A DNA stretch of 64,000 nt from an uncultured Ignavibacteria bacterium (lineage in GTDB: Bacteria; Bacteroidota; Ignavibacteria; Ch128b). The notes beneath the pieces were generated by a model. The model was not told the origin of the DNA. It was given only the letters and a program-made list of their open reading frames with translations, and did no database searches. The stretch is taken from contig CALDZP010000034.1 in NCBI GenBank assembly GCA_937944105.1, forward strand, positions 38,262-102,261, written 5' to 3'. Below are positions 28,945 through 40,162 of this stretch, piece by piece (the first letter of the stretch is position 1; each line of letters starts with the position of its first letter). The position numbers were made by a program, and so were the translations under genes.

Positions 28945-31900
28945 ATGAAAATTAATTTTAAAAAATCTATTGCTAAATTTTCGCAACTAAAAAAACTCCA
29001 CATCTTAGTCTTAATTATACCCATCCTTTCTTTTCAAATTAATTCGGTAAGATCTTTTACCACAAATGATGGATTAATTGATAATAGAATAATTGATATA
29101 AATCAAGATGTATACGGGCAACTTTGGGTTATAACCAGTAGTTCGATTTCGGTTTTCAATGGGAGTCACTGGAAAAATTTTAGCACTAAATTTCAACATA
29201 AAGATAACCCGTTTAATTCGTACCTTTTAAGTTATACTAAAATTCTAATAGATGAGAATAATAACAAATATTTTTTAAGCGATGATGGCAGAATATTTTT
29301 GATGGATAACAATGGGTTAAGAGAATTAGTCTCTCCTTTGCAATCGAAGGGGATTTTTTTCAACGATATTCAGCTTGTGAGTGAAGAAAGCAAACAAATC
29401 ATCTGGGCTACAACTGCGAATAAGGGACTTGCTTATTTTGATAATTTATGGTTTTCATTTGGTGTTGATGAAGGCTTAAATTCAAACAGAATTTTGGTAG
29501 CAAAGAGTAAAGGTGAATACTTATTTATAATTACTGACAGGGGACTTCAATTTTTAAAAAACAGAAAAGTAATATATTCATTTCCAACTCAAGATTTTTC
29601 AAAGTATAAAAATTTTTCTGTTGCGTTCGATATCCGCTCAAGAGTAAATGAAAAAATTCCTGCAATATGGATTCTGGCAGACAATCGCTTATTAAAATTT
29701 GAAAATGAGAAAATTTATGATCATACCATTAAATATTATAATCCTTATCGTGAAAATTATACTTTTATATACTCAAATGGAGGGAATAAATTATACCTGG
29801 GGAATAGTTATTTCATAAAGGTGATTAATATTGTTAACGGAGATATTCAAATTTTAAATAAAGAGATAGGAATACCAGGTTCACTGAAAATCTTATTTTC
29901 AGACAATGAAAAAAATTTATGGATTGGTACTGATCGTGGTTTAACTCGATTGAGCTTTACGGCTGTTTCAAGCTTTACAGATAAAGAAGGGTTAACTGAA
30001 TCTAAAATAATTTCATCAGCTAAGATTGGAACTGATTTTTATTTTGGTCATTCTAATGGTAAGTTAACAATTTTATCAAACTCAAAATTTTATAAACTAA
30101 ATTTTCAATCCCAAATAAATTATTATATCGAAAAACTTAAAGAAAGATCTTTTGATATAACTAAGATTATAGCTCAAAAGAATAAGATTATACTTAAAGT
30201 TGGTAACTGGGGTGTTTTTGAAGTCCTTTCAATGAATAGACTAAAACCAATTTTTATTGTGCGGGATGAAAGAGAGTTTATAAACGATTTATTATTTACT
30301 TCAGATCATAGCTTAATCTTGGTAGGAAATTTTATAAGGAATGGAGATAAAATTAATTTTTATTCAGTAAATACCAATTTGAATTTAATTGAAGAGGACG
30401 TTATAAAATCTTTTAGTTATAAAAAAATTTTTCAAACAAGAGATGAATCAATATGGTTTGTTACAGAGGATGCTAAAATTTTAAAGTTAGTTCGAGGTAG
30501 AATAGAAAAAATTGATCTAAACGGTATTATTTATTCTAAAATTAATTTGATACGTGAAGATAGGGGAAGCAATATTTTTATTGGGACCGATAATGGGTTC
30601 GTTATATTGATGAAAAATGGTGAAATGAAAAGTTATCTAAATAATGGTTCTGAAAATTTAAATTCTAGAATCGAAATATATTCTTTTTACTTTGATGATT
30701 TTAATAATGTCTGGTTAATGACAAATAAAGGTTTAAAGTTCTGGAATTGGAAAGAGTTCAAATTCTCCTCTGAATGGAGAAATATTCTACCTTATAGATA
30801 TAATGAAAATGCAATTGAAGAAAATGAGAGAAAAATTTTTATTTCTGCTGAGAATGGACTTTTTGTTTTACATTTTGATGAAGAGGAAATAAAAGATATT
30901 CAACCAAGACTTTACATCTCTGAAATAATTGCTGATGGAATTTCATATGATCCTCTCAATGAGATAAAATTAAATGAGTTAGAAAATTTAACATTTCGTT
31001 ACGATGCCGTTTTACTATCATCTAATAATAATATAGAATTTTCATTTAAATTAGATGGCTATGATTCCGATTGGTCGGCTCCAACTGTTGCGCGTGAGGT
31101 TAAATACATTAATCTTCCTGAAGGCAATTTTAAATTCCTTGTACGTGCCAGAACGAATTATTCTGATTGGACAATACCTATTTCAACAAACCTTATTAAA
31201 ATTAAAAAGCCGCTCTATAAGAAATATGAATACATATTAATATGTGTTTTATTTGCATTAGTTATTTTCTTGTTTTTACATTCAACAAGAAAAAGAAATA
31301 GAATTGCTGATAACAAGTTCAAAAATTTGCAGCAACAAATTCAAAATGTTGAGAAACAAAATAAACAACTCCGACAGGAGATCAGTAAGTCACTGGAAAT
31401 CTCAAAATCAAGAATGACTTTTCTGGCAGGTCTTTCACACGAATTAAGAACACCAATAAATTCAATCATTGGTTTTATTGATATTCTCCTTGATTCTACA
31501 TTAAATCTAACCGAAGAAGAACAAAAAAAATATTTGAGTTACATTAGTGTAAATAGTAGAAGGCTTTTAATTCTCATCAATGATATCATAGATCTTGCAA
31601 AAATTGATTCTGGGACTATATCTCTTGAATATTCAGAGGTTAATCTAAATGCAGAAGTAAGAGAAACCATTAATCTTTTTAGAGAGAAAATTAAACAGAA
31701 ACAACTTGATTTAATTTTAGAGCTTGATTCGGAATTAGAAAGTAAATTACTATATGTTGATAGAAATAGATTGCAGCAAATTATTTCGAACCTATTAACA
31801 AATGCAATTAAATTCACTGAAGAAGGATTTATTAAGGTTTCAACGAAATTTGAAAATGATAAATTTTTATTGGTTGTAGAAGACACTGGTATTGGAATTC

Positions 31901-32139
31901 CTGAAGGTGAGGTAGATTTTATTTTTGAAGAGTTCAGGAGATCTTCAAATGCGATAAGGAAATCAATTGAAGGGACTGGACTTGGACTCTCAATTACTAA
32001 AAGACTCGTTGAAATGATGAGAGGCGAGATTAAAGTAGAAAGTCAGGAAGAACTAGGCACAAAGTTTACAGTTATTTTCCCGCAGAATAAAGAATATACC
32101 AATAAAATTGGCAAAGAATTAAGAACGAACTTAAATTAA
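28945..32139 (+). CDS. Sensor histidine kinase with periplasmic beta-propeller/Y_Y_Y sensor region (no receiver domain)
   Basis: Propeller repeats, TM helix around aa 765, HisKA 'LAGLSHELRTPIN', HATPase 'DTGIGIP...GTGLGLSI'. Confidence 0.75.
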   Translation: MKINFKKSIAKFSQLKKLHILVLIIPILSFQINSVRSFTTNDGLIDNRIIDINQDVYGQLWVITSSSISVFNGSHWKNFSTKFQHKDNPFNSYLLSYTKILIDENNNKYFLSDDGRIFLMDNNGLRELVSPLQSKGIFFNDIQLVSEESKQIIWATTANKGLAYFDNLWFSFGVDEGLNSNRILVAKSKGEYLFIITDRGLQFLKNRKVIYSFPTQDFSKYKNFSVAFDIRSRVNEKIPAIWILADNRLLKFENEKIYDHTIKYYNPYRENYTFIYSNGGNKLYLGNSYFIKVINIVNGDIQILNKEIGIPGSLKILFSDNEKNLWIGTDRGLTRLSFTAVSSFTDKEGLTESKIISSAKIGTDFYFGHSNGKLTILSNSKFYKLNFQSQINYYIEKLKERSFDITKIIAQKNKIILKVGNWGVFEVLSMNRLKPIFIVRDEREFINDLLFTSDHSLILVGNFIRNGDKINFYSVNTNLNLIEEDVIKSFSYKKIFQTRDESIWFVTEDAKILKLVRGRIEKIDLNGIIYSKINLIREDRGSNIFIGTDNGFVILMKNGEMKSYLNNGSENLNSRIEIYSFYFDDFNNVWLMTNKGLKFWNWKEFKFSSEWRNILPYRYNENAIEENERKIFISAENGLFVLHFDEEEIKDIQPRLYISEIIADGISYDPLNEIKLNELENLTFRYDAVLLSSNNNIEFSFKLDGYDSDWSAPTVAREVKYINLPEGNFKFLVRARTNYSDWTIPISTNLIKIKKPLYKKYEYILICVLFALVIFLFLHSTRKRNRIADNKFKNLQQQIQNVEKQNKQLRQEISKSLEISKSRMTFLAGLSHELRTPINSIIGFIDILLDSTLNLTEEEQKKYLSYISVNSRRLLILINDIIDLAKIDSGTISLEYSEVNLNAEVRETINLFREKIKQKQLDLILELDSELESKLLYVDRNRLQQIISNLLTNAIKFTEEGFIKVSTKFENDKFLLVVEDTGIGIPEGEVDFIFEEFRRSSNAIRKSIEGTGLGLSITKRLVEMMRGEIKVESQEELGTKFTVIFPQNKEYTNKIGKELRTNLN

Positions 32140-32203
32140 ATTGAATTAATTTTTTAATGTATTTATAAAAGCTAAATTGATTTTTTAGGGGCGGGGACTT
32201 TAA

Positions 32204-33244
32204 TTAAAACAATTTTTCAGTATCCCATAAAGCACCACTCAATAAATCAGCTTTATTTATTTTTAAAACTTTCAATGCCAGTTCAGTAGTTTCTCTTCCT
32301 CGAGGTGTCCTCTTTAAAAATCCTTGTTGAATAAGAAATGGTTCATAAACTTCTTCAATGGTACCTGGATCTTCATTAACAGAAACAGCAATGGTATTTA
32401 GACCCACTGGTCCACCTTTGTATTTTAAAACAATAGTTCGAAGAATTTCTTTATCCATGTCATCCAGGCCAAATTCATCTACGTCGAGATTTCTCAATGC
32501 TTTCTGAGCAATTTCAAGGTTAATTTTATTTAGATTTTCTACATCTGCGAAATCTCTCGTTCTCTTTAAGAGTCTATTTGCAATTCTTGGTGTTCCTCGG
32601 GACCTTCGAGCAATTTCAAACGCAGCATCATCATCTATTTCGATTTGTAAAATTTTTGCTGATCTTTTAACAATTTGATGCAAATCTTCTGCAGTGTAGT
32701 AATCTAATCGAGAATTAATTCCAAATCGATCTCTAAGAGGTGAAGTTAAAAGTCCTGCTCTTGTTGTAGCACCAATTAATGTATATTTGGGAAGTTTAAT
32801 TTGAACAGTTCGAGCATTTGGTCCTGAGTCAATCATAATATCAATCTTAAAGTCTTCCATTGCAGAATAAAGGTATTCCTCAACAACTGGACTTAGTCGA
32901 TGGATTTCATCTATAAAAAGCACTGAATTTTCCTCAAGATTAGTAAGAATTCCCGCCAGATCTCCTGGTTTTTCCAGAACAGGTCCTGAGGTAATTTTAA
33001 TTTTCACTCCAAGCTCATTTGCAATTATATGTGCAAGGGTTGTTTTACCAAGTCCTGGTGGCCCAGTTAAGAGAACGTGATCGAGTGATTCTTTTCTAAT
33101 TAACGCTGCGCTAATGAAGACCTTTAAATTATCCACGATTTTTTTTTGACCAACAAACTCTTCAAAAGATAGGGGCCTTAAATTTTTTTCAAGTTCAATA
33201 TCTTCATTAAATCTGACAGGAGTTGTTGTTTTTGTTTTTCTCAT
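32204..33244 (-). CDS. ruvB: Holliday junction branch-migration helicase RuvB
   Basis: '[22 protein letters not shown]', 'LFIDEIHRL', sensor 2 and C-terminal winged helix. Confidence 0.9.
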   Translation of the reverse strand: MRKTKTTTPVRFNEDIELEKNLRPLSFEEFVGQKKIVDNLKVFISAALIRKESLDHVLLTGPPGLGKTTLAHIIANELGVKIKITSGPVLEKPGDLAGILTNLEENSVLFIDEIHRLSPVVEEYLYSAMEDFKIDIMIDSGPNARTVQIKLPKYTLIGATTRAGLLTSPLRDRFGINSRLDYYTAEDLHQIVKRSAKILQIEIDDDAAFEIARRSRGTPRIANRLLKRTRDFADVENLNKINLEIAQKALRNLDVDEFGLDDMDKEILRTIVLKYKGGPVGLNTIAVSVNEDPGTIEEVYEPFLIQQGFLKRTPRGRETTELALKVLKINKADLLSGALWDTEKLF

Positions 33245-33361
33245 AGAGTCTTTTAAAGTAATTTTGTTTCGATTATTTGTAAACTTAATGAAGGCTAAAT
33301 TGCATTCAAAACTTTAATTTACTTGATTAAAAGAGTAATTTTTTTTGAAATGTAAAAAAAT

Positions 33362-33904
33362 TTAATCTTCTTTAATAAGATAAATATTATTGTCTTCAAT
33401 TTTGTAAAGAAGTGGAGCAACCATAACTTTGGGATATCTTAATCTTAATCTTTTTGCTTCACTCAAAAGAAAATCAATTTCATTTCCTATTTCAAACAAT
33501 GGTGCAAAATGCATAAAATGTTCTTCAGCCCATTCTTTGCTCCATCCAGCATTTTCAATAAGACCATTGATGAATGCATCTTTTTTAGAGAATAAATTAA
33601 CCATACCACAATTATTGTGCCCAATTAAAGCAATATATTTTACCTTTCCGATTGCAATTGCATAGGAAACTTTGAACTCGCTATAACGAAGGTTGGCTCC
33701 ACCTGTTCGAATAATATAAGCAAAGTTTTCAGGAATTCTTAATTGCTTTCGATTATCCATACACATTCCAATTAATAATTGAGCTTTATCGAATTTATCA
33801 AATTCGAGTCTAAGGTTGTGATATTCAAGAAGTTTACCAATTGGTGTATCTAAATATTCTGAAAAAATTTTTTCTCTTGAATCGACTTTAATAAGTCTGT
33901 GCAT
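33362..33904 (-). CDS. Beta-carbonic-anhydrase-like protein (divergent)
   Basis: 'CMDNR' (compare CxDxR) and 'GHNNCGM' (HxxCG) zinc-ligand motifs; 180 aa. Confidence 0.45.
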   Translation of the reverse strand: MHRLIKVDSREKIFSEYLDTPIGKLLEYHNLRLEFDKFDKAQLLIGMCMDNRKQLRIPENFAYIIRTGGANLRYSEFKVSYAIAIGKVKYIALIGHNNCGMVNLFSKKDAFINGLIENAGWSKEWAEEHFMHFAPLFEIGNEIDFLLSEAKRLRLRYPKVMVAPLLYKIEDNNIYLIKED

Positions 33905-34037
33905 TTTTTTTACCTCTTTATTTTTGTAAATCTATAAAAAATGTTCTAAACTTATTTGTTTTTTTTAGTTTCAATGTTTATGTTTCTTAGGTTATATAAT
34001 ATTAACTAATTAAAAAACTTTAATACGGGGAGGTGAC

Positions 34038-35534
34038 ATGTTTTTCAATTGTTTAAAAAATTTTTTACAAATTTTAGTTCTCTTTTTACTTTTTTCTTTG
34101 AAATTATATTCTCAAGTGGGTTCAGAATTCCCAATTGAAGTAGGACCAGATTCTTGTTTTGCAACAGGGTATGCTCAAGATGATGTGAAGTATGCAATCG
34201 TAATGAGAAGAGAAAAAGGATTAAGTGGTGCTGATATTGTAGTTCAATTCCATTCGAAGGCAGATCATTCATTAATTGGCACCCCAATAAAAGTTGGTTC
34301 AACGGTTGTTCCAGTAAATTTGTTTGATGAAGCTATACCCCAGATTGCTTTCGATGGGATGCGTTATCTTATAGTGTGGAGTGATATTATGAATGGTGGG
34401 ATTAAATACCGATTTATTAATTCTCAGACATTTGAGTTAAGTCAACTTTATTCTGATTCAACTCTTTCTGTAGTGCTTAGTGGAAATTGTTTACACTTTA
34501 ATTCAAATACCAATAGATATCTTCTTGTATCGGGGATTAATAGTCAATCAGGTATTTATCTTATTTATAATTTCATAACCACGACAGGAAATATTTCAAG
34601 TTCAAGTCAATTAGTCAATTTTCCAACCAGAAAAGATATAAGTCTTTCTTATGCATTGGGAAAATATTTAATATGTTTTGTTAAAAAAGATCCACTATAT
34701 TCTGACCATGATGTTTATGGACAGTTACTTGATGAAAATGGTACTCTTGTAGGTTCACCTTTTGCTATTGATATTAATCAGTATCCAAGTGATAATCCAA
34801 TTTTTGTTACTTTTGATGGTAAATATTTTGTTTGTTTTTTCCCTGATGAGGAACCAACAGGATGGAAACTTTATGCTAAAAGAATTGCACCAAATGGTTC
34901 CGTCTGGCATAACCGATATTTAATCTCCGATGATTTTTCACTATTACCCTTTGCTTCTATAGGAAATGGAAAAATGCTCGTAACATGGATTAAATTACCA
35001 ATTACTGGTATTGGATATATGAAAGGTAGATTTTTTAATACCAACCTTGATGGAATTGGAAGCGAATTTGTAATTTTTTATCCATTTAACATCAAATTTC
35101 CTTTAAGTAATACATCTGTATTTTCAGGTGAAAAATATTTTTGTTACACTACTCTTGCTAAAATTGTAATTGGTCCAGATTCATCAATTTATCCTATAGA
35201 TGGTGATATTTATGGAACAACAGTTCTGGATCCTACACTTATAGAAAAAGATGAAAGTAATCCTAATTTATGCATATTATATCAAAATTATCCCAATCCA
35301 TTTAATCCATTGACAAAAATTAAATTTTATATAAAAGAAGATGGTTTTACTACCTTAAAACTGCTCAATTTAATCTCAGAAGAAATATGTACTATCGTTT
35401 CTGATTATTTATCAGCTGGTGATTATGAATTCACTCTGAATCCATCTGAGTTTGGTTTAAATAGCGGAATTTATTTTGCACAATTAACTTCAGGACGATA
35501 TAAGGCAACAATAAAGTTAGTATATCTAAAGTAA
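34038..35534 (+). CDS. Secreted hypothetical protein with T9SS C-terminal sorting domain
   Basis: Signal peptide; C-terminal 'LYQNYPNPFNP...GIYFAQL'. Confidence 0.5.
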   Translation: MFFNCLKNFLQILVLFLLFSLKLYSQVGSEFPIEVGPDSCFATGYAQDDVKYAIVMRREKGLSGADIVVQFHSKADHSLIGTPIKVGSTVVPVNLFDEAIPQIAFDGMRYLIVWSDIMNGGIKYRFINSQTFELSQLYSDSTLSVVLSGNCLHFNSNTNRYLLVSGINSQSGIYLIYNFITTTGNISSSSQLVNFPTRKDISLSYALGKYLICFVKKDPLYSDHDVYGQLLDENGTLVGSPFAIDINQYPSDNPIFVTFDGKYFVCFFPDEEPTGWKLYAKRIAPNGSVWHNRYLISDDFSLLPFASIGNGKMLVTWIKLPITGIGYMKGRFFNTNLDGIGSEFVIFYPFNIKFPLSNTSVFSGEKYFCYTTLAKIVIGPDSSIYPIDGDIYGTTVLDPTLIEKDESNPNLCILYQNYPNPFNPLTKIKFYIKEDGFTTLKLLNLISEEICTIVSDYLSAGDYEFTLNPSEFGLNSGIYFAQLTSGRYKATIKLVYLK

Positions 35535-35585
35535 TACTTAAATGTATTATAAGATTTATGCCTGCTGAAAGTAATAATAAGTCTT

Positions 35586-36437
35586 TCAGTAGGCTTTTTT
35601 ATTTTTTAATGCAAATACATTCATGTTTTGTCCGCTAAAAATTAAAGTTGCAGGAATCCTGATTAATTCTTTCATTTTTGAGTATCGAATATCACTTGCA
35701 ATGGTTGTATTAAAATTATTATGATTCTTATAAAAAAATTTCATCGGATTTAGAAAAGATTTTTGAATTTTAACTTTTCTGAACCCACAGCCATAAATTA
35801 AATTTTTGATTGATTTAGGTGAATAATGAAATAAATGATAAGGTAAACTCCAACCATTCCATTTATCTTTTTTTAAGTATCTATCAAGGCTCATCACATT
35901 CGGAAGAGAAAGCCATAAAATCCCATTTTCACTTAATAATTCCGAAGCCTTTAAAAGATTTCTATGTGGATCGGGTAAATGCTCAAATGAATGATAAAAG
36001 CAAATTAAATCAAACTTTTTATTAGAATCATAATCTTTTAAATCACCATTAAATAATTCAATACCAAATTTTTCTTTAGCGATTTTTGTACTATAATCAG
36101 AAATTTCTATTCCTTCGGCGTCTAATCCAAGTTCTCGAAAAGCTTTAACAAATAAACCAAAACCTGCTCCAACATCAAGAATAGATTGGACTGTACCAAA
36201 ATTATTTTTAATTATAGTGAGATAATATATGGCGGTATTTTTTATCTGTTCAAAGTTTAATTCCGATTCATAAAGATAATTTTCAAAATATTCTTGATCA
36301 TAAAAATTTTGAGATTTAATTAACTCATCAAAATTTTCCATAAAAATTACTTTACAACTCTTGCATTTAAACAGATTGTAACCATTAATTGTTTTGTAAA
36401 AAACTATTTTTTCAGACTTACAAATGTTGCATATCAT
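35586..36437 (-). CDS. Class I SAM-dependent methyltransferase with N-terminal zinc ribbon
   Basis: 'CNICKS...CKSCKV'; 'ILDVGAGFGLF' motif I. Confidence 0.65.
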   Translation of the reverse strand: MICNICKSEKIVFYKTINGYNLFKCKSCKVIFMENFDELIKSQNFYDQEYFENYLYESELNFEQIKNTAIYYLTIIKNNFGTVQSILDVGAGFGLFVKAFRELGLDAEGIEISDYSTKIAKEKFGIELFNGDLKDYDSNKKFDLICFYHSFEHLPDPHRNLLKASELLSENGILWLSLPNVMSLDRYLKKDKWNGWSLPYHLFHYSPKSIKNLIYGCGFRKVKIQKSFLNPMKFFYKNHNNFNTTIASDIRYSKMKELIRIPATLIFSGQNMNVFALKNKKAY

Positions 36438-36447
36438 TTTAATTAGT

Positions 36448-37476
36448 TTAAGTTTCTAAATCTCGTTTCCCTTGAACAAATTCTTCAGCAATTCTTACAT
36501 CGTGAGGACTTCCGATAAATAGAGGAACTCGTTGATGTAATTCTTTCGGCTCAATATCTAAAATTCTCTGGTAGCCATCCGAAGCTTTACCACCTGCTTG
36601 TTCTACAATGAATGCAAGTGGATTGCATTCGTACATTAATCGAAGTTTACCATTTGGATTTTTCTTGTCTCGTGGATACATAAAAATGCCACCATAAATT
36701 AAATTTCGGTGAAAATCTGCTACAAGAGAACCAACGTATCTTGCTGAATAAGGGCGGCCTGTTTCTTTGTCATGCTGTTGCAAATACTTAATATATTTTT
36801 TTAAACCTTCATCCCAGTAAAGATAGTTTCCCTCATTGATGGAATAAATTTTACCTTTAGTTGGTATTCTAATATTGTCATGACTTAGAAGAAATTCGCC
36901 AACTGCGGGATCAAGTGTAAAGCCATAGACCCCATTACCAGTAGTATAAACAAGAATAGTGCTTGAACCATAAACAATGTAACCTGCCGCAACTTGTTCA
37001 CTTCCTTTTTGGAGACAATCTTCTATTGTTCCTGGTCCGTTTCCTTTCGATTTTCGTCGATAGATTGAAAAGATAGTTCCAATGCTAACATTGACATCAA
37101 TATTAGATGAGCCATCAAGAGGATCGAATAATAAAACATATTTTCCAATTTTATTGCCCTGAGGAATGTGAATTAAATTTTCTTCCTCTTCGGAAGCCAT
37201 CACACACAAATGTCCCCCATGATTCATTGCATTGATTAAAACATCATGAGCAAAAACATCTAATTTTTTAACTTCCTCACCATGAATATTTTTAGTTCCA
37301 GTAAAACCAAGAATATCAACAAGTCCAGCTTTGTTTACTTCAAGAGAAATTATCTTTGCTGCAAGAGCAAGATCTGAAAGTAGATCGGATAGTTCTCCCG
37401 TTGCTTCGGGGTGTTTTCTTTCATTTTCGATAATGTGTCTTTCTAATGTCAAAAAACGTTTAGGAATATTTTCCAT
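36448..37476 (-). CDS. fbp: Fructose-1,6-bisphosphatase class 1
   Basis: Full-length match to the FBPase class 1 pattern ('[10 protein letters not shown]', '[11 protein letters not shown]'). Confidence 0.85.
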   Translation of the reverse strand: MENIPKRFLTLERHIIENERKHPEATGELSDLLSDLALAAKIISLEVNKAGLVDILGFTGTKNIHGEEVKKLDVFAHDVLINAMNHGGHLCVMASEEEENLIHIPQGNKIGKYVLLFDPLDGSSNIDVNVSIGTIFSIYRRKSKGNGPGTIEDCLQKGSEQVAAGYIVYGSSTILVYTTGNGVYGFTLDPAVGEFLLSHDNIRIPTKGKIYSINEGNYLYWDEGLKKYIKYLQQHDKETGRPYSARYVGSLVADFHRNLIYGGIFMYPRDKKNPNGKLRLMYECNPLAFIVEQAGGKASDGYQRILDIEPKELHQRVPLFIGSPHDVRIAEEFVQGKRDLET

Positions 37477-37658
37477 ATTTACGATTCTCCATTATTGTTT
37501 TGATTATAAATGAAATATATTAAAACTTTCTGTTGCTGGAGATGTAAAAATTTTGGAATGATAGCAGGAAAGAATGATATAATGATATGCAGAAAAAAGA
37601 TACAAATTAAAAATTTTTTTAATTCGATGAAGATAAAGACCCTCCATAATAAATTAAG

Positions 37659-37732
37659 TACCCCCGAGAGGATTCGAACCTCCGACACGCGGTTTAGGAA
37701 ACCGCTGCTCTATCCTACTGAGCTACGGGGGC
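37659..37732 (-). tRNA. tRNA-Arg (anticodon CCT)
   Basis: The reverse complement GCCCCCGTAGCTCAGTAGGATAGAGCAGCGGTTTCCTAAACCGCGTGTCGGAGGTTCGAATCCTCTCGGGGGTA folds as a cloverleaf with anticodon stem GCGGT/ACCGC, loop TTCCTAA and T-loop GGTTCGAATCC. Confidence 0.85.
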
Positions 37733-37848
37733 AATTTTTATTATTGCATAAGCAATTTAAAAATTTCAGTTTTTATATAAAATAAAACTAACTTTGGAAC
37801 CATTATTCTTAAAACGTTTGTTATTTGCGAAAAAAAGGATTCTGATTT

Positions 37849-40134
37849 ATGAGTAGAATATATACATTATTTTTAATTGTAATTGTTTTGACTATTAATA
37901 GTTATTCCCAAATTAACACAGGTGAAATAAGAGGAAAGGTAATTGAAGCAAATAATAAACTTCCTATTCCTTTTGCAAATGTAATAGTTCTCGGAACAAA
38001 CATTGGTGCTTCAACTGATTTGCAAGGTAATTTTATTATTAAAAATGTTCCTGTAGGAATCTATCAAGTAAAAGCTTCGGTCATTGGTTATAATTCAGTT
38101 GTTAAAAGTGATGTTATGGTTAAATCTAATAAGATAACAGAAGTTGATTTTGAATTAGTTCAAAAGGTAATTGAAATTGATAATGTTGTTGTAAGAGCAG
38201 ATTATTTTGAAAAAAATTATTTAGAACCTGTAAGCGTTAGAAAATTTTCTCAAGAAGAAGTTAGAAGAAGTCCTGGTGGTTTCGAAGATGTTATTCGTGC
38301 CTTGAGTGTTTTGCCAGGAATAGCACAAGCAGATGCAGGTAGAAATGATCTAATTGTTCGTGGCGGTGCTCCTTCTGAAAATCTTTATGTAGTTGATGGT
38401 TTTGAAATACCAAATATAAATCATTTTGGTACTCAAGGTTCAACTGGTGGACCGATCAGTTTTATTAATCTCGATTTTGTTAAAGATGTTAGTTTTTCAA
38501 CTGGAGGATTTCCTGTTATTTATGGTGATAAAGTCTCTTCAACCTTAAATATAAATCTTCGAGAAGGTAATAATAGAAAATTTAATGGGAGAGGAACTCT
38601 TTCAGCTACTTTGTTTGGTTTTGATTTTGAAGGACCTGTTGTAAATGATAAACTATCAATGATTTTCTCAGCAAGAAGAAGTTATCTCGATTTTATCTTT
38701 AAAGCTGCAGGTTTTTCTTTTGTCCCTGAGTATTATGATATTTTAACAAAAGCTGATTATAAAATTGACAATAAAAATTCTGTGGGTTTTTTATTCATTA
38801 ATGCTATTGATAATGTAAAGTTTTTTAATGATAGTCCTGAAAAGAGAGTAAATAATTCAAGAATTCTTGGAAGTGATCAATTGCAATACGTATCCGGATT
38901 GAAATATCGTCGGTTATTTAGAGATGGATATATGGATTTGAAATTATACCGTAATTTCACTAAATATAATACGAGGCAAAGTGATTCATTACAGAATCCA
39001 ATATTTAAAAATATATCACTGGAAGAAGAAAATAATCTTCAGCTTGATGTAGTACATAAATTCTTCAAAAATCTTGAAATGAATTTTGGTATATCTTCTA
39101 AATTTATAGAATTCGATGCAGATATTTTATTCCCGAGTTTTGTTACATCACTAAAAGATACTTTACCCGATTTGAATTTAAACAAAAGTGAAAATTACTT
39201 TAAAGGGGCAACATATATTAATTTAAATTATCGAACATCAAATAAAATAATAACTAATTTTGGTTTGCGATTGGATTATTTTGATGCCATAAATAAAAAA
39301 TTTTATCTAAGTCCAAGATTTTCTGCTTCATATATTTTAAACGAATTTTTCTTTTTAAATTTTAGTGCGGGAATTTACAGACAATTTCCATCATACATAT
39401 GGCTTGTAGCCTATGATCAAAATAAAGATCTTAAAGCAATTAATGTAAACCAATTTGTACTAGGATTAGATTATTTATGGAGAGAAGATGCACAAATAAA
39501 AATCGAAGGATTTGTAAAAAATTATACTGATTATCCTGCAAGCTTAATAAGGCCATATTTAGTCCTAGCTAATACTGGTGCCGGTTTTTCAGGAAGTGAT
39601 GATAATTTCACTTCATTTGGCCTGGATCCATTGGTAAGTAAAGGTAAAGGCTTATCTCGAGGAGTTGAATTATCTGTCCAGAAGAAAATTTCGGAAATTC
39701 CCTGTTATGGAATTTTTAGTTTAACTTATTCCAAGTCAGACTTTTATGCACTTGATGGAATTAAGAGAAATAGTAATTACGATCAAAACTGGATAATTAA
39801 TTTAAGTGGTGGTTATAGATTTAATATGTACTGGGAAATTAGCACAAGATTTAGATTTTCTTCTGGTAGACCTTACACACCTTTTGATGATAATGGTATC
39901 CAGTACATATCAGAGGTAAATTCAAGAAGATTGAAATCAACACATTCTCTTGACATTCGCGTTGATAGAAGATGGTTATTGAAAAACTGGACTCTTATTA
40001 CATATATTGATATTCAAAATATATATAACAGGAGAAATTTAACCGGCATAAGATATGATAGAATTAAAGGTACAGTAGATGAGACTGCTTCAATAGGAAT
40101 TTTACCTTCAATAGGTATATTAGCTGAATTTTAA
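37849..40134 (+). CDS. TonB-dependent-receptor-like outer membrane protein with CarboxypepD_reg domain
   Basis: Signal peptide, CarbopepD_reg N-terminal, plug-like region, long beta-rich body ending in aromatic F. Confidence 0.6.
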   Translation: MSRIYTLFLIVIVLTINSYSQINTGEIRGKVIEANNKLPIPFANVIVLGTNIGASTDLQGNFIIKNVPVGIYQVKASVIGYNSVVKSDVMVKSNKITEVDFELVQKVIEIDNVVVRADYFEKNYLEPVSVRKFSQEEVRRSPGGFEDVIRALSVLPGIAQADAGRNDLIVRGGAPSENLYVVDGFEIPNINHFGTQGSTGGPISFINLDFVKDVSFSTGGFPVIYGDKVSSTLNINLREGNNRKFNGRGTLSATLFGFDFEGPVVNDKLSMIFSARRSYLDFIFKAAGFSFVPEYYDILTKADYKIDNKNSVGFLFINAIDNVKFFNDSPEKRVNNSRILGSDQLQYVSGLKYRRLFRDGYMDLKLYRNFTKYNTRQSDSLQNPIFKNISLEEENNLQLDVVHKFFKNLEMNFGISSKFIEFDADILFPSFVTSLKDTLPDLNLNKSENYFKGATYINLNYRTSNKIITNFGLRLDYFDAINKKFYLSPRFSASYILNEFFFLNFSAGIYRQFPSYIWLVAYDQNKDLKAINVNQFVLGLDYLWREDAQIKIEGFVKNYTDYPASLIRPYLVLANTGAGFSGSDDNFTSFGLDPLVSKGKGLSRGVELSVQKKISEIPCYGIFSLTYSKSDFYALDGIKRNSNYDQNWIINLSGGYRFNMYWEISTRFRFSSGRPYTPFDDNGIQYISEVNSRRLKSTHSLDIRVDRRWLLKNWTLITYIDIQNIYNRRNLTGIRYDRIKGTVDETASIGILPSIGILAEF

Positions 40135-40162
40135 GAATTTTATTGGGAGGTGATTTAGCAAA

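Noticed and set aside
37479-37785. ORF-track entries 37479-37688 (-) and 37510-37785 (+)
   Set aside because: Both overlap the well-formed tRNA-Arg(CCT) at 37659-37732 and have low-complexity translations; treated as spurious.
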